From Marsupella aquatica (taxonomy: Eukaryota > Plantae > Marchantiophyta), in NCBI GenBank assembly GCA_973895155.1, contig OZ316895.1:1753094-1817093 (forward strand): a DNA stretch of 64,000 bases, given 5' to 3'. How positions within the stretch are numbered: position 1 is the first letter of the stretch; each line of letters starts with the position of its first letter. Positions 54,254-64,000 of this stretch are shown here, in pieces. A model generated the notes under the pieces. It searched no databases and was not told where the DNA came from. It saw only the letters and a program-made list of their open reading frames with translations. Both the position numbers and the translations under genes were made by a program.

Positions 54254-56196
54254 CTATCGTGCAGTACTGGGAGACGTAATAGTTTCGAATTTCTTCTGTA
54301 CATTGCGAAGCTCTCGCCGCAACTGAAGTACCTCTGCTGACACATCAGTGGTTTTGGGCTCCTGTCGAAGCTTCAGGACTTCCTGCTCCATGGTTTTCAA
54401 CCGTATCTCTTGTTCCCGCACTGTTAGAAGTAGTGTTCCTATGTCTACTGCTTCCGACCGTTGACTTATTTGCAATGCCTGCACAACACACCAAAGATCC
54501 AATTTTTAATCTTTGCAGAAGACAAAGTCAGCCAAAAACAACGTTCCTTAGTGATACGTAGATTTCACGAAGTTACCCTTAGCAGGGATTGGGTGGATGT
54601 CTTAATACTGGAGTGTAATAAGAATAAAGATGGATCAGACTTGAGAACTTGAGCAAATGGAGGCAGCCAGTAGTGACTACCGTGGTAGCAGAGTTCATGC
54701 ACTCCAGGAAGAATGACTGTAGCAAGTCACTGTGGTTACAGAGGCTTAGACATAGGGCTAACAACACAACAGACAGCGCAAATAACATGGCAAGGAAGAG
54801 CAATGACACAAGTAGACTTGAAGTACTTGCGACAGAAGGCATGTGGTATTACAACACTCCCATCGAGGCTTATCCTGATTTAGAGATTATAGAAGACACA
54901 TGCTCGAGAGGTCATCTTATCAAGGGAGAGAAATGTCTTCGAAGCGTAAAAACGAGTCTCAAAGTAAAGAGGACTTTCACGGCAGGGGGAAAACAATACA
55001 GAACTAGAAGCAGGAGACACCAGCAAGTATCTGGAGACTGACCTTCTCTAGAAGAGCTATGCGCTGCCCTTGATTCCCAACCGACACTCCCTGTCTTTGA
55101 AGATTCTGGCAAACGAGCAACAAATGCTGGCCCATGAAGTCCGCACAATGTTGTTCTTGCACGCCCTGTGGGAGAGACTGTGAACACCCGACCTGAGAGA
55201 ATAGACAGTTGACCAGCTTCATTGGGCACAAGGTCACACAGTGTTTGTCCATGTCCCCTCGTGAAACTACACTTTTACAGCCTTGTTCACAAGGTAGAAC
55301 TTTAAACTTACAAGTAGAGTCATGGGGTTTGGCATTGAAGGCCGAGAAAACAGAACCACAACCCTCATTTTCACAAGCAATTGGGCGCAGAGAACATTTA
55401 GATTTATGTTCTGCTAGCGACTCATCGCTCTCGAATCTCATCTCACAATGAAACATGTTACATCTGTCAACCCTTTTCAATAGGGCTTTAGCCAAAATCT
55501 CCCGCCGACCAAACATCCAAGCCCCACTGCGGTCAAGCACTTGTACAAAATCCTCAATCTTGTCTTCCTTTGTGTCACTATTTAAAAGTTTGCTCGTCAC
55601 CCGACTGAAGAGATTCTTCTTAGAACGAACAAAGCTCTCCGAGATATCCTGCACAACCTGTAATGGGGAGGGAATTTCCCCTGAGATCTGCACAAAAACA
55701 TTCAGACCTAATTACTGAAAGGTACTACAAGTGGCTGCTCCACTCAGTGAAGCTTGAGCCCGATGGGCTTTCATGTCGTGCTGGAGGAAAACCTAGAGGA
55801 ATACAGAGTCGACAGAACTAGTTCAGGGGCGGCTGTCCACAGCACTAATGGATTCGACGAAGAAGAATGGTACAAAAGTAAGATCCACACCTGAAGAACC
55901 ACGGCGCTACTTCCAGTAGCAAAGGCGTCACTCTGAACATTCAAGTAATCGAGCATTTCCTTTTTCACGTCTCCGATGACAGCTCCCGGATAGTTGAAAG
56001 GATCGCCTGCCGTTTTCTCCACAGATGCGGTTGCCAAAGAAACCAGGAGGAGGTGGGCAATTTTTCCCACCTGATCCACATCGTGATACCCACATTCCTG
56101 CAAGAGGGGCAAATCATTGGCGTTTGTAGTCGGGATCTCTCCCACGCTGCTGCTGACTGGCCCTCTTACGCCTCTCAAAGACCCCACGGAAAGCAT
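54254..56196 (-). CDS. TRAF-type zinc-finger protein with a C-terminal coiled coil, 3 coding exons
   Basis: Exons 56196-55891, 55687-55043 and 54478-54254 (GT-AG, in frame). Repeated Cys/His modules (HKSKC-LRPIACENEGC, HDSTC-KVLPCEQGC, HCVTLC-KLVNCLFSQVGC). The N-terminal KIAHLLLVSLATASVEKTAGD resembles the plant TRAF-like family. The start codon is tentative, and a 5'-UTR intron at about 56321-57122 is likely. Confidence 0.85.
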
Positions 56197-56708
56197 GAAT
56201 GCTACGATGAGGATCAACGCATTTACGCCTCAACTATATGGCAAACACCTCACTTGCTTCCTTTCAAAACCCAACGTAGTTTACAAATTTCCTCCCGCGT
56301 TGCCTGTATGACAGATTCCCCTGCAATCTGAGAAACAAGGACAAATTCGCATACCACGTGCCAAACCCGAATTAGCCACCGCTACTCCGGCTGTCCAGTA
56401 AGAATCCTGTCTAGTAGTCCGCAGAGCTCAATTCCCAGAGCAGTATTGGAAGCAAATTTGATTAGCATCATTCTGCAATAGAGGGCCTCCCTCCTTCCAA
56501 AAGCGGCTGATCACACAGAGGGCACAGAACCAAAGCTACAGAGCATGGTTCGGATCTATAAATACCTCAAGTCCCATTCAAATCTCTCCATAGTTTTCTC
56601 TTCTATACTTAGTGACACAAACAACAAAACAGAAGCTGCTGTTCAAGTAGCTTGGGTAGCAAGAATTATGCTACGTAGTTGCAACGTTGGACTCCCTCGT
56701 CCTGCGTG

Positions 56709-56725
56709 CCCCCCCCCCCCCCCCC
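56709..56725. repeat. C17 homopolymer (G17 on the TRAF-gene sense strand)
   Basis: Read directly from the sequence. Confidence 0.95.
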
Positions 56726-59645
56726 ATTTGCCTTCATCCGGCAGCCATCACCTCCGTAAGCACACGCCCACGCAGGTTCTTGGAACGAAAGGGACTCCCG
56801 GGACTAAGATTCTGCGTCTAAAATAGTTCTCAAACCTTTATTGTCATCAACTGTAGCTAGCCAGTCTTTCCAGACACATATTCTGTCTACACGTGATTCG
56901 CACATAAGTTTCACTTAGCTTTCTTCCTTCCTGAATAGCCATCCTCCCCCGAAACTGATTTTACTTCCGTTACTGGTTTCCTTTTCCTTCTAGACTCGTA
57001 GCTGCACGTACGTTTCCTTCACTCCACTCCACTTCTCTCCCTCCCTTTCCAGCAGGTCCCTCCCAGAGCGGAGCGCAAGACGCCGGAAGCAAAGAGTCCT
57101 CCAACCACCAAAGCAGTACTCACACTCTAATGGAAGTAGAGTAGAGGCGAGAACCGACAATCATATTATAATGACAATCCAACAGAACAACAACGACAAC
57201 AAGAACAACGAATTGACGAACGCACCAGGCATCGGAAAGTATGGGCAAGGGAGGGCGGTGTTGGCACGACTTGTAGGTCGTGCGACGGAATGTCCAAGCG
57301 CCCAACGAGGTACAACCAGGATGAACTATTTGTCCACCTAGCAGTCTCCTACAGTGCTTCAGGTCGTATGCCCAACCTTCAGCAGCCATTTTGTCATGCT
57401 GCCATCTCGAGAGAATGAAATCACGAAGGCGGGGCCTCCATAGCTCTAAAGCTCTGTTTGGTAGGTCCGGCAACCTTTTAACACTGTACAACAGTAGGCA
57501 AGCAATGGACACCCGCATTTTCTGTGGTCCAAGCCTGTGTTTCCTTTCGTGTTTCTCGCAGGTGGCACTTATGGGTCTTAGCATAAATTATGTACCTCAC
57601 TTTGTACGGTCACAATTGTTGAGATCAATGCAAGGTCAGATCTGGATCGTTGATTTTGGCCAATAAACCACTAAAACTTTTTCAAAACCGGTCTTTATGG
57701 AGAATGATGCTGCATAGATCACAAGTGGTCTTTGAAATCCCCATGGACATAATTTTCAAAGTTTGAATTTAATTATAATAATTTGATGTTCATAAATGCA
57801 AATATGTTTTAACTTGAATATGTGCTGGACCAGTAGGTAAGCTACACCTTTGACAGTGAATTTTTGGTTCAATTATTGATCATGGATTAGATTTCATGGG
57901 CAAAATCATAGGCAAATTTTATTAGATTTATTTTCATTGTGTGAATATGAAATATTAGGGTTTGTGTTTTTTTTTGTATGTATCTTCTTTCTTCTTGTTG
58001 CCTTGCAAGTGAAAAACTGAAAAATATTTTAGGACTCATAATCATCAAGTTATAAGCCCCAAACTCTCATAAATTATCAAAATGTGGTCCAGAGAAACAC
58101 TGTGTCCAACAAGGAGGATCATCTTAGCTTCACTTTACTTTTTATGATCACCTATAACAGATGCGCAAAAATTCAGTCAAAAAGGAAACATTGGTCCTAG
58201 GTGATCAGCCTAAGGTCACCTAACAGTCCGTCTGGTAGGAGAGCTTTAAAAGAGTTGGGTGATCTCTCCCTCCTTCTAGGTTTTTGGGGTTTCACTTTAC
58301 TCACTTATTTTGAGTTTGGTGAGTGTTTCGGGGTGTCCCTTACTCAAGTGTTTTGAGTTTGGTGATTGTCCACTTTGGAGGTCTTTTGTTTGTCCTCTAT
58401 TGTACTTTGTTGGACTTTTGTGTAGATACATTTGTGTATTTAGTTTAAAGCAGTCACCGGTGACATTCCCCAGGAGTGAGTGAGCAAACAAAACGACAAA
58501 CAGCAAAGGTGATAAGAACGACAAATTGATAAGATCTGAGTCAATTGGATAATACACCTGGCGATAAGATCAGAACTAAGTAAAAACTAATTAATCCTAT
58601 AGCTCACTATTAGTCCTATAGCCTACTAATTAATCCTGTAGCAGTGTGTAATTCGTAACCTGTCAAGAGATATATAATATAGTTTTCACTGTCAATCGAT
58701 CTTTATCTTTATTTATAGTCCTCCTACTGTAGGTTTTTGGGGTTTGTATTTGTCCTCTTCTCTAGTTTGTCCTCTGCATCCTTATAATTCGTCCGTTGTA
58801 TCTTGTTTGGCCCGTTGTAATAAATTGGTCCTTTTTTTGTTAACTTTTCGTCAACAAGATCAACTTGAGTACTTGACACATTTCAGAATTCAGAAGTAAT
58901 CCATCGCCGTTCAGACATTTTGGTAAAGACTATGACTACCCACCAACCGTTTGGGGTTTGTCCTCTACCTCTTTTGCATTTAGTCCATTGTATTTGACTT
59001 GGCCCCTTTTCGTAAATTGGTCTTTTTCGGTTAACTCCTTTGTCCATCAATTGTGGGTCAACTTTATCAACTCATTTGGCAAAGCACTTGACCAGGCCCA
59101 TCCTGCATCTTGTGGGCTTCCAAAACAAACCACTAAAGAAAAGTGTCCAAATGTATAGTTTGTAAAAATGAATTTTGAGGATATGGGATGGAGTGTTGGA
59201 GATGTTAAAAAAGTTCCAATGAACTTTTTTCAGTGGTAACTTGAACTTCATAGATCACACCCAACAAATTCAGCTCAAACTGACTTCATACCATAATCCA
59301 GTAGAATATTGTTTTTACCAAAAATTAACATATTGCAAATTGTTTTGCTCCCTCAGTCAAGCGGTGGCACCCTGAGTAGACGAGAAGGACCTGCCACATC
59401 AACTGCATTCAAATGTAAGGTGTAGCTGCATTTCAAGTACTTTTGACTGTCCACCCTCAAATGGCCTGGGTTAGGTTTAGGATACACCTTTCTTACCGAA
59501 CAATCCACAAGATGCAAGAGGGGGCTGGTTATTATAATCCTTCCACTCATTTGGTAAAGGTGACTACTGTATGCAACAAAATTCCAATGTTACCTATCAC
59601 CTTGCACACATTTTGCTAAAGACTAGGGTATCTTAAAGGATAGGG

Positions 59646-59788
59646 TAATGCAGGTCTGGGCGCAGGGTTACTAGGCTGTAACCCTGCGTCCGGAATATGA
59701 AAAGAAACTGACCGGCTGCAGCCGGGAAGCTTCTTTGAATGTTCCGGGAGCAGGTTACAGCCTATAACCCTAGTCCTGCCCTGCATTA
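59646..59788. repeat. 143-bp imperfect palindrome (MITE-like fold-back)
   Basis: taatgcagg..agggttactaggctgtaaccctgcgtccggaatat..aaagaa..ccggctgcagccgg..ttcttt..atgttccgggagcaggttacagcctataaccct..cctgcatta. Confidence 0.8.
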
Positions 59789-61703
59789 GCGTACGTAACT
59801 CCTGCTCGGAAAGAGCTTACCGGCTCAACTTTTCAGGACACCAGATTATGACTATAGCAGGCCCCTGTAGAAATGGTTACACACCAGTAACCTCTTCTCC
59901 TGACAGGATTTACGTCTGGCAATAACCATGACTCTATTATTACGGGTACTCCTGTAAAAGTTATGGTAGGTGATCTTCACCTACGATAAGAAAGATCGCA
60001 GGCTCAACTCTTAATCCATAACTTTCCCACAATTTTAGACACAAATTTAGAAATTCAGGACTCCAAAACTCAGGAAAGCCTCAACTGAAGGCACGTGGGC
60101 TTTGGGCCTGACATGGTGATGACTGCTACATTTGAGGTGAGGACATTTGAGGTGAGGGTAGATCAAAAATGGAAGGAAAAAATAATAGGCTACCAGACAC
60201 AGATGAGCCAAATAGTAACTTCTGCCTTATGGGAGGAGTCAATGGTACCTCCAAATGGAAAGTAGTACACTATTTACCATTTTTATTCAAACGAAAGTTA
60301 TAGATTTGTGATACATCACTTGATACCACATATCCATAACTTTCACTAATGACCGAAGGCCCTACTTAGTCACTCAACAACCGGTAATGACGACCCAACA
60401 ACCGCGGTGAAAATTCTCTCTGGATCGATTTGCACCGCAGATTGTCATCCGCTGGCGTTGGTGAAAAGAGAGAAATAACAGCACTGTTTTACCGCAATAT
60501 TTGCGCATGATCGCCGAATATCCCCGTCAGGATCACTGTGCAAGGAAAGTGCTCTTTCATTACAAACAAGCTCCTTCTTTCTTGCAGAGAATGAAGTGCT
60601 CTTTCCCTTCCTCTGCAGTCTGCACACTCTACTCTGTGGCTAGTAGGCGGACACCACACTTCGTATATACACTACACCAACGACTTTGAATGCACGGGCG
60701 CTTCACGTCGGAATGGACAGCAAGTATGTGAACATACTATTCGATGGCCAGATACAACATCGTTGATTTGTGTGGTTGCTTGTTATCGTCAATCACGAGT
60801 TTTTTTGAAGTGAATGCAGGGATTGTTTGACACTTTTGCTGCTGTAAGAACCTTGTTGCTGTTCGGATTGAATGATAGGAAGTTTGACATTAGAATTGAA
60901 TGTCAGAGCAGCATCAGCGAATGTGCTTGAGGAATTGAGCCGTCGTCGCTTGGAGGTGTCCAAGACTTGGCGTGACCGAGCAGTGGACTGCAATGAAGAA
61001 GGAAGGGATGAGGTCACAACTCATCAATAGGTAATTTTGGAACAGGATGTACTCGTGAAGATTTTGTAGAACAGATTAGATGAAAAAATAATTCTTCTTT
61101 TCGGAAAATTAGCTTTTGCTGCGACTGTGACGAACGGAAAGGTAATGGTCTCATCCACCAGGGGAGGTCAAAGGCATGTGGAATGCGTGTGTAGGAGGTC
61201 ACTATTTTAAAGAGCACCTGGTCTCATGATTTTGGAATGTTGTAATGGTGACTTGCATTTTCTTTTATTCTTTGTTTTCCTGACATCTTACGAAGTGACC
61301 ATGTCATTTTCGTTGTTCAAAATAAGTTTACGGAATGAAATAGAGACGAGCAATGAGATTCAAAGTGACATGAGTTCCACCAACGCCTAGTGCCACGACA
61401 ATCAGGAGTAACCAATTTCTTTCTTCGTTTCGACAAGCTCTTGATGACGCTGTATGCCTCAAGTATTTCTGGAGAATTGATTGTTTGATCGAGTGGCTGA
61501 AAAAATCGTCCATGGGGTTTAATTTATTCAACATGACCTGCACTGAGTTATAATTCATTCTTTCCGTGTGCAGGACGGTAGAAGGTTCGGGCTAAGGAAT
61601 TTCTTTCGTGCACTTATTCACATTCTCAGTGTTCATTTGCCTTCCATTGTTCACGAGCGGCCCGCGTTGACGATCTGACCTCTATTTCTCCTGAGAGCCC
61701 GAG

Positions 61704-63883
61704 ATGGAAAAGGTGTTTCTTGCATTCGTCCTGATCGCGGGGGTTGCTCTGCCAAAGAATGCCCGTATGTTGATCTTTACTCACTGGCTACAACGCCTAA
61801 TGGACTTCTTCCCATCTAGTTCAAAAACAATTCTTTGATTTGTGAATTTGAACCTTCGTTACTAAACCCGTGGGGAAATTTTGTTCAGTGCGTGTTTCCC
61901 CATTTTCTCTTGCCTATCCCGAAGATCATCATTGCGGTCTTTAATCCCGTTCGGCTATTTCTCAGCTTCTTGTAATAAACTTGGTTGTAACTCCCGGAAA
62001 ACGGAGAATTCATTTCTTCTTTCATTACAAATTTACATTTGCTCATCATTACTGCTTCGTGTTATGTAGGCTACTCTGGCCGGTGCGATTTTGGTCACAT
62101 TGACTTTTTTATTAGAGGCTATCTTTCTCAGCGTGAATGGACATTCAACCGGTCCATTTTTTTGAACGACTAACTAGTAAGATTGTGAACGGATGAATCA
62201 TAGTAGAGTTTTAAGAGGTTTCGCTCAATCTGCTCGGTAGTTTACGAGAATGATTAATGAAGGCATTATGTCTGAGAATTTTATCCCAGATATAAGAGAA
62301 ATTATTTATCAACTTTGGGCTATGTCATAAATTATAATGTGGATGAAAAGCTTTTTAATGCTGATGAACTTCTTTTTGGTTCAGTTCAACATGTATGTGC
62401 TCAAATGCTGGATCCTGACAGCCCCTACAGCGGCTACCAGACGGAATACACCCGTCCAGCTGCAGATCTTGATCTTACTCTGGAGGAGCCCATAGTTGCT
62501 CCAAATCCTCGAGGAGGTCCGGAGCAGGTACGTTTCTCAAATCCGAAACTTATGTTTCTTCAGACAGAGTTGCAGGATACCCTCTCACATACCCCGTCTT
62601 GAATTCCATCCTGCACCATGTCAGTTATCTGCTAGCAATCGAACATTCCTTCGTTATTACATTCTATCTCATGTTACTATTATTGAATCGTTCTGTAGGT
62701 CTTCGTGACTTTGGGAGACAACACAGGTACAGCAATGACGATAAGCTGGTCCAGCAACAAGACTATGGAATCCTTGGTTTTGTACTCAACGGATCCCAGT
62801 AATCTAAATTTATCAGCTACAGGCGATACCCCTGAACGCTATAACTATCTTGACTATACATCTGGCCTCCTCCATCACGTTTCTCTAAGAAATCTTCAGG
62901 CAAGCAGTTCTTATTTCTATCAATGAGCTTTCATGACAGTGATGGTTTAATGCGAGGTTTAATGATGGGTTTATAAATTGTCCTTGCTTATGAGTTACTC
63001 CCGACCGATTTCGATTGAGGGCTTACCACCAAAATGCCACCGCGTGTTGTCATCTAAATTCAGCCCTTTCGTTTGAAATCTTGACTGCTAAGCATATGTA
63101 GTGCCACTATGTGCAAAAGTGATTTCGTTCGCTCGAATTCTTTGCAGTATGAGACACATTACTACTATAAGATTGGCAGCAGTAACGAAGAATATCTTAG
63201 TTTTTACGGGGACTTTACAACGCCTCCAGCACCCGGACCAGATACTCCGTTGAAGTTTGCCATTGTGGGTATGTGAAAGGAGGATCTTGGTATCTTTGTA
63301 CTCGCCGGTAGTTCATGCTTATCCTGCATAGAATGTACTTACGAAAGACAGCAGCTAATGCCAGGACGTTCAAAGGAAACTAGTTTCTGCGAATCTCTAA
63401 TTCCTCGACAATGGCCCATGATCTACTTGATCTGCTGGTCTGCGAGCTTCTTGATGGCTGTGTAATTTATGTCAATCTAGATGAATGAGGTTGTCCAGCA
63501 GTTGAATTAAATTTTTGCGATGATTTTTTCAGGAGATCTAGGCACGTAGCCGGATAACAATTCACCTTGGATTTGCATATTCTATCTGTTTAAGCTGAGC
63601 TAGAAGGTGTTTGGTTATTGATGTATTCATGGAATCCTGGATTCCTCAAAGATCGTTCGGGGTGAGTATCTGATCTTGCCTGTCATGTGGGCAGGGTGAT
63701 TTGAAGCGGGTGAACCGGTCAGTCACTCCATGGGTCATCATTGTTACTCACGCACCCTGGTACAACACCTATAATGCTCATTATCTGGAAGGAGAGGTGA
63801 TGCGTACAGGAGTTGAATATTTTGCACGAAAGTACCGGGTGGATGCGATCTTCGCTGGACATGTTCATTCTTACGAGCGCTTT
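61704..63883 (+). pseudogene. Purple acid phosphatase gene with its central catalytic exons missing; probably continues past the window end
   Basis: Signal-peptide exon 61704-61764. Exons 62385-62527 (GGPEQ), 62699-62899 (AMTISW, YTSGLLHHV; GC donor), 63148-63268 (YYYKIG, FTTPPAPGPD), 63533- (GDLGT*) and 63695-63883 (VNRSVTPW, VTHAPWY, GHVHSYER). The GDxxY and GNHE motifs are absent. Confidence 0.8.
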
Positions 63884-64000
63884 GTGAGTTCACTTCCTAA
63901 TTTTGATAACCGATGAGGCTTTTCAGATTGTGTAGAGTGTCACTAGAATGTCGCTGGGATCACCGTCTTCGTGGTACTTTAGATGGAGCGAGGCTTTATA

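Noticed and set aside
60850-61090. Purine-rich coding-like stretch (ELSRRRLEVSKTWRDRAVD)
   Set aside because: Short, with no start codon or splice context and no recognisable family.

Overview
Nuclear genomic DNA of a land plant, most likely a flagellated-sperm non-seed plant such as a bryophyte. This is inferred from a CEP70-like centriole gene together with plant-type NMD3, RabE, NSUN5 and purple acid phosphatase genes. Genes in order: 3' part of a spliced CEP70-like gene (+), NMD3 (-), an unrecognised protein with eight LQRT[M/A/L]S motifs (+), tRNA-Gly(TCC) with a remodelled acceptor stem (+), C2/SRC2-like protein (-), intronless RabE/Rab8 GTPase (-), 13-exon NSUN5-type m5C rRNA methyltransferase with a U12-type intron (+), F-box protein (+), TRAF-zinc-finger protein (-), and an internally deleted purple acid phosphatase (+). 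A complete but coding-defective Ty1/copia element (383-bp LTRs, GCCCT target-site duplication) spans 11705-17867. Intergenic DNA holds decayed LINE/TE fragments, fold-back hairpins and several minisatellites. No CRISPR array or prokaryotic system is evident. The best novelty candidates are the LxRxxS repeat protein and the A1:U72 tRNA-Gly. All family assignments come from recalled motifs; no database search was run.
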